64,000 bases of DNA from assembly GCA_964016885.1 (NCBI GenBank), contig OZ024741.1:285882001-285946000 (forward strand). The letters are read 5' to 3'. The DNA comes from Eledone cirrhosa (Eukaryota). Position 1 is the stretch's first letter. Each line of letters starts with the position of its first letter. The translations under genes and the position numbers were made by a program. Shown here in pieces: positions 45,581 through 60,417 of this stretch. Below the pieces are notes generated by a model. The model saw nothing but the letters and a program-made list of their open reading frames with translations. It was not told the origin of the DNA and made no database searches.

Positions 45581-48500
45581 AAGTATCTTGATTTAAATCA
45601 AGATACTTTAGAGAATACCAATAGATATCCCGACAAAATTGAAGGTATAAATATGGCCGACATCTCATTAACAGATGAGTTCAACAACAACAACACAAAT
45701 ATATACGGCAATACTACGGTCAACTCTGATGAATTATCTGTATTACAACTTCCACCTAAGTATGCGACATTCAAGAAGGTAAATATAATTAGTTGCTTGT
45801 CAGAAATAGAAAAACCATTTACAAAATTACGTTGGAGCCTCAAAAACAAAAACAAAAACAAAAGTAACAACATACGCACACACATATGCAACACACATCC
45901 CAACAACAACAAACACACAGACACATACAACAATAACAAGAACACACACATCAACAATAATAACATACTCAGAAACAACAACAACAGACACGCAGACACA
46001 AACAACAATAACAACACACACAACAATAATAACACACACGGAGACAACAACAACAACACACATCAACAACAGCACACATCAACAACAACAACAACACACA
46101 CACATTCAATGCCTCTCACCACCACCACAAACTTAAACACACAGACACAGAAAACAGGTAATGACAGTAGCACAGAAATAAGGGAAGGTAATAGGATTGA
46201 AAGGAGAAGGGAGACTATGGACAAAGAAAATAACCAAGACGAACACACAGACACACAAAATAGAGTAGATAATAACAATGAGCCAGTGGAAAGAGACAGG
46301 AGTAATAATGAGAGACATAGAAACAACCATGAGGCTGTTGGTGGAAATAGAAATAGAAACAACACAACTAACAATAACAATAGCACTAGTACACATAAAG
46401 CAGCAGCCTGGAACTCTACTTTTTATAATCCCTCCGATAAGTCGTTCGACCTGCGACGAGTCCACGCCACGACTTTACCATTTAACAAACGCACGCAATT
46501 GCCGTCGCAGGTCGATGAACAAAAAGAAGCACAATTTAGTATAGCTAGATCTGAACTTAGAAATATTATAGAACAGTATAGCAAGAAACATAATAGAATG
46601 GAGGCCCAGCAACTGGGAGAAAAATCTGCAAATGGTTTGCGTAAGCTCATGCAGCGCTCGCATAATGGAGAGATAGCATGCTTTCCAACAGACAAGTCTG
46701 GCAGAATGTCGGTTGACAGTCTGCCAAACTACATCCAGGCAATGCAACCCCACATCACTGACACAAGAGAAGTAACACCACAAGAGCATGAGGATAGAGA
46801 AAAAGCCCTCAATGCCCACATGGTGATGTGGACGAATATAATGCAGCCCAACAAAAGGACTGTCAACAACTTCCAGGCCTGGAACAATGACGTGCCGGCG
46901 TTGTATGGGCTTCGAAAAGACCATAAAACGGGCAGTGACCCTGTCACGGGACCACCAGCACGGCCAGTCTGTGGAGCTAACATTGCTAGTAACTACAGAC
47001 TGTCCTACTTATTCTCCCTGATCATACGCCCCATCATTGAAATGTCCCCAGATGTATGTGACAGCACGGAGGACCTCCTCAGAAGAATCGGCGAGGGTAA
47101 CCGATCTAGGGACCTAACAAACTGCATAATAGGTAGTATGGATGTTGTGTCCCTGTATCCATCTATTGACGTGGATTTTGCTGTGGAGAAATGCGTAGAA
47201 ATGATCAGTGACAGCAATGTTGAGTTCCGTGGGATTGATACCAGTGAGGTGGGACTCCTACTTAAACTTACCTATAGTAATAATTACCTAGACACATATG
47301 ACCTTAGCAACCTGTGCCCTACAAGACCAGCAAGAGGCAGACCACCTACCATTACTTCAATGGCCAAGAAAACCCACACAGATAGATGGAACGGGTGGAC
47401 CAGAGCCATACAGACACCCGAAAACCACGATGAACTAAAGAAAATGATTGTACATGCGGTGGGGGCCAGCATAAAATTAACGCTTAAGGAACATATGTTC
47501 AAATTTAATGGAAAAACATATGCCCAAGAGGAAGGAGCAGTCATTGGTGTTAGCATTGCAGGCGACAAAGCTAACTTATTCATGGTATGGTGGGACAGTA
47601 GACTTAAACTTAAACTTAAAGAACAATTAGAAGACCCCTTAACCCTGATAATGTACTCCCGCTACGTTGAGGATATAAACATCGTAGTTAAAACACCCCC
47701 ACTAGAGAACAGTCAGGAACTAGAGAAAAACACAATGGAAAGCATCCAGCAAATAGCTAACTCCATCCACCAGAGTATTAGAGTTACTATAGACTACCCA
47801 AGTAAACACCCCAACCATCGATTACTGGTACTAGACACAGAGCTCTCGTTAGATACCATTAATAACAAAAAACAAATCCTCCATTCCCATTATGCCAAAC
47901 CCATGACTTCCAAATATCTGATCCACCGAAACTCAGCTGTTTCGGACCATACCAAAATCAACATACTGATTGCGGATTTGGTACGGGTGATGAGAAAGGT
48001 GTCCCGCATGTGCAACCCCGAAGAACTAGAGAGACATATACAACATTTCATCCACCGTATGCAGTTCTCTGGTTACAATCAGAGAGATAAAATCAGAGTG
48101 TATAGAGGAGCCAGAACCAAATGGGAAAAAATGGTAAATAATGACACAAATGGGACCTGCCCCTTGTATAGGAGCAAATTTTGGAATAGAATAGAAAGAA
48201 CTAGGAATAAGGCTAATAGAATAAACTCATGGTATGATAGCAATAAATACCAGAGTGTAATGTTCATCGATACAACCCCTAGAGGTGAATTAGCTTACAA
48301 ATTTAGAAGGGCCCTAGATAAACATAAACTCAATATTAAGATAGTAGAAAAACCAGGTACCTCCGTAAACACACTTATTAGCAAGACATACCCTTTTCAA
48401 AGAACCCCTCCGTGTATAGATAAGAAATGTATAACCTGTAAATTAAACCCCCATATTAACTGTAAAACTAGAAATGTAGTATATAGCATAAGATGTACTG

Positions 48501-48796
48501 AAGGACAATGTAGAGACAAAAATATAGTGTACATAGGTGAGACAGCTCGTAGTGTAGGGGAACGGATAAATGAACACTGGCGAGACCTTCAAGATAGTAA
48601 ATAATCATCTGTACTCTACCAACATGCTAAAATAGAACATACGGGTAAATTAGAGAACATAAAAATAAAAATAGAATCTACACACAGAAAAGACGCAATG
48701 TTTAGACAAACCCCAGAGGCAATAAACATAAAAGAATTACAACCAAAATTAAATAGAAAACATGAGTGGAACAGCAACATCACAACTTACAATTAA
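45581..48796 (+). pseudogene. PLE polyprotein (reverse transcriptase + GIY-YIG endonuclease), recently inactivated
   Basis: LQLPPKYA, PTDKSGRM, LYGLRKDHK, PPARPVCG, GSMDVVSLYPSI, QEEGAVIG, YSRYVED (YVDD>YVED), NVVY...YIGETARSVGERINEH. Premature TAA at 48602-48604; the frame continues SSVLYQH...EAINIKELQPKLNRKHEW. The first ~40 aa of the track ORF (45458) are antisense of subfamily A. Confidence 0.9.
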
Positions 48797-48997
48797 GGAC
48801 AAAATGAAAACACACACGCACATAGAACAAACATCCAACCTGTAACATGTAAATAAACAAATAAATAAACGAATATAAACACACATAGACACCCGGATGT
48901 GGCGCATGCGCAGACTGAGCACACAACACACACACAGAAACAAAATGGCGTAGGACAGAACAAAGGAGAGGCACAAAAACAAAGAAAAGAATCCCCA

Positions 48998-49040
48998 GTC
49001 ACTGAAGAGGTCATAGAATGTGTGACGAAAGAACTTTGAC
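48998..49040 (+). ncRNA. Minimal hammerhead in subfamily B pLTR
   Basis: GUCA-CUGAAGA-G-GUCAUA gaaug UGUGAC-GAAA-GAAC-UU-UGAC. Copy with U4C at 58776-58818. Confidence 0.8.
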
Positions 49041-50654
49041 AATATATAAACAACCATCTGGTTGTGGAACCAACCAACCGGAAATTTATAAATTCCTAAA
49101 TTTATAAATTTATTATAATAAATTGAAGTGAAAGCAACTGGTGCGTGTGTTTCTTATTGGCAACATGACCCTCCCAAAGTATAACAATATTGGTTTCAAC
49201 ACACGTTTTCACATAAAGAATCTTGCTAAACAAATTCAGAAACGAAATATATATATATATATATTTATACGTATATATCTATGTATATATTGATAATATA
49301 TATATAATTATTTACACACACACGCACGCACACACAAACGTGAAATCACACACACGCACACACTCAAATGCGCACGTGCACAGACACATACATATTTATA
49401 TATATAAATACTCCCAATCATTTTGTAATTTGTGGTCCCCGTTGTTTTAATGATACGGCGCCTCTCTTCTACACTTCTAAATTCTATGTATTGCTGCCTT
49501 ACAACCAATTTCTCATTCTTCAGGCGGCGACCGCAAACTGTAATATTGGACCTAATCCGTATTTTCTTTGTTTTTTTATGACTTTTTTTATAGATTTTAT
49601 TATATTTCCTGCCGACAAAGATTACAACAAGTTTCCTTGTATTGCCGTATGTTTCTCTCAATTACCGATACTATATCAATTTATGATGAAAGGAAAATTT
49701 GCTGCAGGAAGCGTTGTACATATTCTTGTACCTAACTACAAACAACTGTTCAAGTTTCAGACCAAGTCTAAAAGAAATGCAAATGAATGGACGGAACGCC
49801 AGACATTACAGTAAACATTAAATAGCAATGTCCCACTACGTTAGTCTCTTAGCTGGTAGAGAAGATCAGTCCCACAAATATACTGTATGTCGATTCCATC
49901 GACTATAATATATATGTTTATGACCTTGTATCTAGGTAATAAATCAATATGATTAGAAGGAGAATGAAACGATTTCTTTCATATATTGGAAATTAAAATG
50001 AAGTAATATTAGTTATTCTAATAATTCTGATCATTTAAAATATTACTGCATATCCAATAATAGTTTTCCTTTGTTGAAATAGCGATTTCGTTTTTCATCA
50101 TCTAGGAAAATATTAATTCAACATATTAACAATAAAACATGCATTCCTTCAAATCCACAATTACTTCAATATATATTATGTTTGTTGTTTTTTGTTGTGC
50201 AATGTGATGATAATTGTATTATTATTCTTATTGTAGAAGTTTGGATTTTGATTGATTAGAAGACCCACTGAGTAAACTTCTGTGTTAATAAAACTAATAG
50301 CCAATTTTAATCACATACATCAAACATTTTACAATCAAACCATTTCTCTTTTCGATAGTTTCGAATGTTTATGTTAAACATTTTGAAGTCTAACATTTGT
50401 TCAATGCCTTAGGCGGGTAGACAATCATATGAAGTAATTACATAAAGGATAATATGGTAATTTTCATGATTTTAACAACAATATCATTTACAATTAATTG
50501 AATGAAATGTTGATTGGTGTTGCGCGTAGTGAAATATAAATAATTTATCTTGTCAATATTTATTTGGTCTCAAATGAATGCCACCTTGATGCGTGAAATT
50601 GCATGACTACAAGGTAGCTGTCGAAGTAGAACTACAGTTGTCAATTTCTGTTCC

Positions 50655-50793
50655 CACACACACATAGCTGAGTATATTGGAGCAAGATGATATGAAGTGT
50701 CTTGCTAAAGAATACAACACGCAACACAGTCGAGGAATCGAACCCTCAATATTATGATTGTAAGTCCAACACCCTTATCACCAAGCCACACGC
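50655..50793 (-). mobile_element. tRNA-head SINE fragment
   Basis: rc shows A-box-like tggcttggtg and B-box ggttcgattcc, then agcaagacacttcat...actcagct. Confidence 0.65.
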
Positions 50794-51983
50794 ACCTACG
50801 TATATAATGAGCATGTAATTATATTCTAGAAATAAATTATTATCATTATTATTATATCCCTTTCATCTCTAATCACTGCCTCGTATCAGTAATCAGAAGA
50901 AATCATAAATCTATCAAAATGTAAATTGCCTAGTTTGTATGATTGTTTATATATCTGGTAATCCTGGTATATATGCCATAGCAGTCCTGGACACCATAAT
51001 TAAATACATTCAACGCTATTACCATCATTATTACCATTTGTTATTAGAATAAAATCAAATAAATACTTTAACAAATCGACAGAAAATACTACTACTTGAA
51101 ATTGCACACATGAAAGCTAGTTAGTTTGCATTACAATACAAAAAACAATAACAAAACCGAACAGTTCACATACCTAAGGCGCTGTGAAAGCAAAATAATA
51201 ATGGGAAGAGAGAGAATTAATAATAGTAACAATACTACTACATATAATAGTATTTTACAGTATTGTACATGTATTTGTGAAAAAGCTGATCACATTTCCA
51301 TTTGATATTTTTTATTGTTTAAGGTATGTTTACGCTGCTATTTCTTTTTGTGTGTGTGAGCGGTGGGGTGGGGTGGCCTTAATTTAGGGTTGTCACCTGT
51401 TAAGTGTATTTTCTGTAAATATTTGCAAAAGAAAGATAATACTTATTTACGTTGGTTTCCGTGCCCTTTAACGTTCCAGAATAACAATCAGATCGATGTT
51501 CCGTATGGATATCTATATTATTCGATTGTTTTAGCTGAATAGTCGTCTATGTGTTTTGGGGAAAAATAACATTGTTTCTATCATAATTACTATCTACGAT
51601 ACTATGAGTTATCTACTCATATACTTCTACAGAATATCTTTATTTGTTGTTGTTCATTTCATTTCTTCTTTGTATAATCTGAAAACCAGTATTTATTTCA
51701 CTTCCACATCTCATTATCATTGTTTTCACGGCATTTCTGTTAGGAAATTCTGTTTTATTTAAATGATACAGTTTTTTTGTTAACAAAGCTTCATATGACT
51801 TGTTCGTCCTTCTATTTTTTTTTATAGCTGACTATTTTTGGTTCAAAACTTAAATGCGAGTTTCTGCTGCATGCCAGTATACCTGCATGCAACAGAGTTA
51901 TTTTGGGCATTTAAAATTATGCTTGTATTCAACATCTTTATTGTTTTGTCATTTTGTTGAGAACAATATATATATATATATAT

Positions 51984-52209
51984 TAAGAATATTTTCGTAA
52001 CAGCGAGTGGGTTTGAAATTATTAGAAATGTAAGCTATCGCCGTATTTTGACTAAAGAAATTAAAGAAATTATTTAGCCTGATAGTGGGGTTAAGAACCC
52101 TCGGAGAAATGGAAAAAGATGAGTATCGACGTACATGTACGTCAATACTCATCTTTTTCCATTTTTCCGAGGGTTCTTAACCCCACTATCAGGCTAAATA
52201 ATTTCTTTC
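51984..52209 (-). mobile_element. Spacerless palindrome plus ~78-nt tail in (TA)n
   Basis: Arms 52063-52135 and 52136-52208, centre gtaca|tgtac. Confidence 0.75.
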
Positions 52210-52489
52210 ATATATATATATATATAGAAAAGAATGAAACAAAATTTCATTTCTCACTCTTAGTACGGCTGATACCTAAATATAAGCATGTATACGTACA
52301 TACATATATGTGTACAGACGTACAGTAGGATGCATATATATATATACATGCACACATATATATATATGTACGTATGGGTTTACCGAACATTTATTATAAT
52401 GTTCGGTTTGTTTGTAAACAAACAGCCCGAATTACGCCGTACAGTGCTCCGCAACCATCGTCGCCCTTTTGTTCAACACTGACACAGGA

Positions 52490-52532
52490 ACGATGTACTA
52501 GTTTCAAGCTTGTTAGCTATCGTCAGCATCGT
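52490..52532 (-). ncRNA. Minimal type I hammerhead, core intact
   Basis: ACGAUG-CUGACGA-UAGCU aaca AGCUU-GAA-ACUAGU-A-CAUCGU; 6-bp stem I, palindromic stem III. Confidence 0.85.
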
Positions 52533-52997
52533 ATACCTCTTCTGTCAGATGATTGAACGTTTGAAAGTATATACTTTCCTTGTGTGTATTAACGGCTGAG
52601 CAGCCTAATTTGCATATCGAGTGAGTTAGTCGGCCGGGCACACCAAAAACGATAAATGGAAGAGAATGAAACGACATTTCATTTCTCACTCTTAGTACGG
52701 CTGATACCTAAATATAAGTATGTATACGTACATACATATATGTGTACAGACGTACAGTAGTATGTATATATATACATACATGCACACATATATGTATGTA
52801 CGTATAAATATTTATATATTTAGGTATCAGCCGTACTAAGAGTGACAAATGAAATTTCCTTTCATTCATTTCCATTTATCGTTTTCGGTGCGCCCGGCCG
52901 ACTAACTCACTCGATATGAAAATTAGGCTGCTTAACCGTTAATATGCATAAGGAAAGTATATACTTTCAAACGTTCAATCATCTGACAGAAAGGTAT

Positions 52998-53040
52998 ACG
53001 ATTCTGACGATAGCTAATAAGCTTGAAACTAGTACATCGT
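52998..53040 (+). ncRNA. Minimal type I hammerhead (inverted copy)
   Basis: ACGAUU-CUGACGA-UAGCUaauaAGCUU-GAA-ACUAGU-A-CAUCGU. Confidence 0.8.
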
Positions 53041-53251
53041 TCCTGTGTCAGTGTTGAACAAAAGGGCGACGAAGGTTGCTGAGCACTGTACGGCGTAATT
53101 CGGGCTGTTTGTTTACAAACAAACCGAACATTATAATAAATGTTCGGTAAACCCGTACGTACATATATATATGTGTGTGCATGTATGTATATATATACAT
53201 ACTACTGTACTTCTGTACACATATATGTATGTACGTATACATACTTATATA

Positions 53252-53304
<53 letters not shown>

Positions 53305-54980
53305 GGAAGTTATAGTTCACTTGAAGCATTGTGTAATGAGGTATAAACGTTTGTATATGTATAATAAAGCCAAAACATTGCAGGTATTATGGACATAGAA
53401 TAAAGAATGCAAATGCAAAAGATATTGTTGAAATTAGTCTTTTACCTTAGATTTATTTAAATCTCCTTAATTTTCGAGATAATATCTCTTCTTCGGAGGG
53501 ATGTAAAGCGGTTAAACCAGTGTTCTAAATAGCTTGCCAAGTCATGCTGACAGGAAATGGTATAGAGTATATACTATGTGAGTAGTATCATACGTAGAAG
53601 ATTTGGCTGTTGTTTGTATAGGTAACGTGCAGCTCTGATTGTGTGTAGTGTCTTGTTTGATCTTGGAGCTTGTTGTTTAGCCCCAGGTCAACCTACTTCC
53701 GTAAACATTTAGTGTGTAACCGTATGTATAACTACATTATTCATTGTTTACTTCTTTCGTAACAGGGATTTTGTTGCTATTTGTAGCATATGATGTAACC
53801 CCGTACAATCTTTTGATGTGGAGGGTTGCATTATATTATTAGGCGGAAATTTTGCAGAATAGGAGTTTGAATTATTAATGGTTTTTGTGATGTGTTGTAA
53901 TTGTTGTGTAGCCGCTTGTCAACTTTTATTGAGCAACTAATGTAGACATGACCAAACTTTCGTTTCATATATCATAGGTCACATTATTTCAAATGCGTGC
54001 CCTCTATTTTTTAAGAGAGCAGGGTCTGATTTGATGGAGATTTCCAACAGTTCAATCGATCGCATAGAGCTATTCGATTTCATGTATCGATTATGTAATA
54101 TTCATTGTTCTATATTATTAGTGGGTAATTGTGCAGATAATGTGTGGTTTCTGACACTTGATTCGGTGGTAATGTGTAGCATATGTGTTGCGTGTCTTCT
54201 CTTAGTATATAGGTTGATGATTGCCTAAATTAATGAATATTTTAGTGGGTTTGAATTACACTATTACATTGAAAGTGTCGTGAGTAGAATGTATTTCTTG
54301 CCTGCAGATCTACTGTGTGAACATTGTCTAAAGATCTAATCCTTGGTGAAGTTATGTTCCACTTATGTCCTGCATTATTAGTTCAAATTAGTATCGGTAG
54401 CATTTATTTCCATCTCAAGTATCCTGTATTTCAAATATTAAATGACATCCTTTAAGATGTTGCATTTTGCCAAATGAAATCACGATGTCATCTGAATAAG
54501 CATATGGACGATTCCACACGATCTCTTAGTCATTCTATACAAGTAACATCGATGTTCTTTATCTGGTCTTGTTACGTACTTACATCGTCCATTTTCAGGT
54601 ATATTATAAACAAATCATCGGAGCGTCATGTGAGTTGAAATACATAGGAAATGTACAAATGGCATTCTATTTAGAAAGCTGAAATTTAGCTTCAATATAG
54701 ACGATAATTGTTATAGGGGTTCCTTTAGCTCAATGATCAGCCCAAATTTCAGAGTATTCTTTTTATCAGCGGCTGCTGGCCAATTTTCCCCTCTATAGGG
54801 TTATTTTACATATATGAATGTGAACCGTAAATGGAAAGGAACAAAGTAAACAATACAGTACAATAAAGATTTATATTAGTTTAACGCTTAATGTAATAAG
54901 AAAAGCGTTTTAACGTTCGGGATCCTAGTCTTTCATCAGAAGATGAATCAAAAGCAAAAGAAAAAAACGTGTGCATGTTC

Positions 54981-55044
<64 letters not shown>

Positions 55045-56837
55045 GTGTGTGTGTGTGGGGTGGGGGGGGGGGGGGGTGAATATATATATACGTATAAATA
55101 TGAAATAAAATAGGACAGGCTAAGCAATTGTAAAACATAAATGAACACAGCAACATAATTAAGACGTCATTTTGAAATGCGTAATTTAATATAAATAAGA
55201 CAGAATAATGAAATCGCACAAGAATTGGTGTGTTTTCAGTTTCAAAACTTTAATAGAAATCTATACAAAACCCTCTTTCTCATTTCTATTTATATTATTT
55301 TTCTGTTCAAGCAAATGTCATGAAATAAAAAGACCTATCCCGTACTTGAAAATAGTAAACGAAATGCGTTGCAAAAATATTTCTTCGGCGATGACATACG
55401 GAGGAGGTTCTAAATATTTGCTTAGATAGATAGAAAAACTTACATGTTTGGGATTGGTATAATACAAAGAACAATAATAGAAGTGCTCAGAATGGACACG
55501 ACAATGGCGTTATTTGAACACAAAGAATGCATTGATAATTGATAATGAGTATATATTTAAATATTTATCCAATTAAAGGAAACGCTTTGAAATATTTGTG
55601 CTGATCGGGTTTCAATGCTTCGGCGATGGGTTATTCTTCCAGGCTATCAATAATTTACAACTCGTCAAACTATGCTGAAAGAAAGTCGCCGATGGAAATT
55701 CTTCAGATGGGACCAGAGGTTAGATGAGAATTACAAAGGAGATAAGAATAAGTTAACAACATAAAACGTATAGCGGTAATATAATGGCTTTCATGAATTA
55801 AGAATTGAAAGACTCATTTCGTCTACCTATATTCCACTATCGTTTTCATCCCTCCATTCTTCTAACGCCACTCACCTTCACAACCCCTCTATCCCTATAT
55901 TTCTATGTCTTTACCTCCCAGTCGTAATTTCCCAATATTCATCTATTTATCTACCTCTATTACATATCTTTGTTTAAATTAAAATTTTCACAATCTATTT
56001 CTGATTATCTCATAGTGTCCAGGCTGTATTTTCCGTACACGCATTCATTTATAGATACACTCACAACTCGAACATTACACACATACACATAGATGCACAA
56101 AACAACCACAGCTCCCCCCCCCTATATATATATAAACACGCCCCAGAACACATATATACTTTCTCTTTAACAGTTTACAATGAATTTTAAAAAGAGGAGT
56201 CAATATAGAACATTATAAACCAGAACACGAAACAGAAGCAGATAGAAAAACATTTATTAACAAAAGGATCATACTATATGGAATTCTAGAAACAAACTAG
56301 AAAATTAACCATGGAAACTATATAAATAGTAAAAGAAAATATTGAAACAAAATACAAAAAGGATATAGCATGTGAGACATAAACTATGAAAATAATACTT
56401 AATTAACGGTTAAACATTTCCATAATCCTTTACTGCCAAATAAAATCAGGGCAAAACAGCACCATTATCATCACTTCAATAGGAAGATTAAGCCAAAAAT
56501 GTAGTGAAATATCAGTTAATTTAGAAAGGTTATTGTTCTAAAATAAATATAAAAAATAAATAAGGAACTATGAAAAGATCTTTGAAAAAGATATTATATG
56601 AATATTGTTGTCTCTTAATATGTGTTTGAAGTAAATGTTCCCTCTTAACACAAACTTACACATACCTCCAAACTGATACGTATATATGTTATTTAGGTTT
56701 GGAACGGAGGACAGTGGCAATTCCGTTTATATTACTCGGAAACCAGTGATGTTGATTGGCATCACTAGTCTGTCCTAAATGTTATATACACACACACAAA
56801 CACACAAACACAAACACACACACACGCTCGCGTACAC

Positions 56838-57345
<508 letters not shown>

Positions 57346-57352
<7 letters not shown>

Positions 57353-58319
57353 ATACTTGGAGAGGATCATATTTGTGTAATATTGCCAGAATTAATAACA
57401 GAACACACTCACTGTTTGGTTGGTTTTCGCTTTTCGCTTCTGTGTCTTTTATATCGGTTAATTTAATTTATTCGGTCCTCAATGTTGCCATTGACTGACC
57501 AACGGTCAAAAATAATACAGATACAATATAGACACAAACACATATATATATAGTTTATCAAAGTTTTTTCGTTGCACATCTGCAACATCGTCAGTGGTGC
57601 TATTGTTTCGTCCCGTTACATTGTATTTTCTACGCCATCTTTATTTAGTCTATTTATATATTCATTTATTTGTTTATTTTATTTTGTCTTCTTTGCGCAT
57701 GCGTTTGTGTGTGTGTATAATGTTTTGTTTGATGTATGTTCGTGATTGGGTGACTGTGTATTGGTTAATGTATTCTATCTTTACTAGTGTGTGTTTATAT
57801 GTTTGTTGTTATTGTGCTTGTGTATGTATTTATTTATTTATTTATCTATTTATTTATTTATACTTCTCTTAGGTCAGTGTTGTTTGTTCATTCTTTCTGT
57901 TTAGCCTTGGCCTTCTAAGTTCTATTTCACTGGCCTCTCTGATTTGCCTATCTGCTGGGTCATTTCTATGTTTAGATATTATTCTAATTTCTATGTTGTC
58001 TATGTTACCGTCGTGTTGTTGTCTGGCATGTTCGTATAGTACTGACCCGTTTTTTCGTCCTTTTAGTTCCCCCCGGTGTTGGTCTATCCTTTCACCTATG
58101 CTACGAGCTGTCTCGCCTATGTATGTTGTTGTCATGTTTCTGCAAGTACCCTCTGTACATCTTATGCTATAGACTACGTTTCTAGTTTTACAGTTTATTC
58201 GGGGGTTTACGTTAAATATGATTCATTTCCTATTAGTACAGTGGGTTTTCTTAAAAGGGTAGTCCCCAAGTATAACAATATTTGCTTCGACACACGATTT
58301 CATATAAAAAACCTCGCAA

Positions 58320-58322
<3 letters not shown>
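57346..58322. mobile_element. PLE subfamily A inverted insertion
   Basis: Minus arm 57346-58260 (ORF 57869-58135, YIGETARSIGERIDQH). Short plus arm 58262-58322 carries the tail. (TA)n on both sides. Confidence 0.88.
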
Positions 58323-58369
<47 letters not shown>

Positions 58370-58699
58370 ACAGATTAAAGTTTAATCAAAGAATTTCTGA
58401 AGATCTTTTGAAGATCCACTATAGGGTGAAAGCAGAAATTCTTTCACCTTAATTCTATTTTCAGGTCGAGCCAGCCGACAGCTCCATGTGCAAATAAAGC
58501 TAATCAGCCCATGTACCTAAGCATCTAAACTATATGGTTTCATCTTTATTGAATTATAGCTGAGAGCAAGGCAAGGGAGCGTTGGCTTGGTAACGACCAG
58601 AGTGGGAAATGTCCATTGTCTTCTGTTACCCAAACCTGCTTCTGCGGGAATCCCTCAAATAGCTCTAGTCATCAGCTTCCAAAATTTCATAGGTAAAGT

Positions 58700-59031
58700 C
58701 TTTCAACACACAGAAAACCAAGATGGCGTAGGACAGAACAAAGGAGAGGCACAAAAACAAAGAAAGGAATCTCCAGTCACCGAAGAGGTCACAGAATCTG
58801 TGACGAAAGAACTTTGACAATATATGAACAATCGTCTGGTTGTGGAACCAACCAACCAACCGGAAATTTATAAATTCCTAAATTTATGAATTTAATTTAT
58901 AATAATTTGAAGTGAAAGCAACTGGTGCGTGTGTTTCTTATTGGCAACACGACCCTCCCAAAGTATAACAATATCGGTTTCAACACACGTTTTCAGATAA
59001 AGAGTCTTGCTAAACAAATTCAGAAACAACG

Positions 59032-59035
<4 letters not shown>
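58700..59035 (+). mobile_element. PLE subfamily B solo 3' end (pLTR + tail)
   Basis: Near identical to ~48925-49248. Confidence 0.85.
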
Positions 59036-59569
<534 letters not shown>

Positions 59570-60375
59570 ATATACATCTTTTTCTACTTCTTCCGCCACT
59601 TATTTTTGTCAGGATCGGGTGAGAAGAGAAACGCTATTCCGGTGACCCCTCGGAGGAATTCTATTTCAGAGGAATTTATTTGCGATCATATACTTTCAGT
59701 TATTACCCAAAATCGATGAGCATCGTTAAATATTGGCACGAATACCAAATTGAAGATTGGGAATTTGGTTTTACACCTACCTCCATCCTTACGATGATAG
59801 AATGCTGAAGCTGGTTCTAAACTGCACCAGCTTCTGCAATTCATCTGCACTTAATTCATCCTCTTCCCTCAAACGGCCCCGAAATAATTAAATTCCTCCA
59901 CACCTGCTTCAGTGGACCGCTTAATTCCATCAACATAATCGTAATTTACACTATTAACAAAGTATCTCCGACAAATTTCATAATAAAATAGGCGTTATTA
60001 AGAAAGACATGAGCAAAATCTTCTACGGACGAATAAGGTGCAGTCACGTCAACCTACGCAGATTCTGTGTGTGTGTTTCTGAATTTTGAATTATTTAAAG
60101 GACATTTCCCTTGCAAAGCAAAGCTTTCGTTTAACGCGAAACATTCTAGACTTCATATTCATGAATAGGTTATCTTTAAGAAATGTTTTCGGCTCGATGG
60201 CTTTCCTGTCACCAGCATAGTCGTTTCTTACCGTTCACAGAGTATTATCATTTATTATAAACCGGATGCATTCGTATAAGACAAGAGCTGAAAAATATCT
60301 TTTAACATGTTAAAATATCCCCCATCACTTACAGACACATTCCTACTGACCATCCCTCTACCACGAATTACTCTG

Positions 60376-60417
<42 letters not shown>

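Larger units (their letters stand above)
45581..49248 (+). mobile_element. PLE subfamily B, near full length
   Basis: Long RT + GIY-YIG ORF, 3' pLTR with HHR, ends at (TA)n. 3' fragment repeated at ~58700-59035. Confidence 0.93.
52226..53250. mobile_element. Retrozyme-like element: 1.3 tandem copies of a 432-nt unit plus an inverted copy
   Basis: tagtacggctgatacc recurs at 52261 and 52693; 52816-53250 is the reverse complement. One HHR per full unit. Confidence 0.8.

Noticed and set aside
50655-50793. tRNA gene
   Set aside because: A/B boxes are followed by a SINE body, and no clean cloverleaf is evident.
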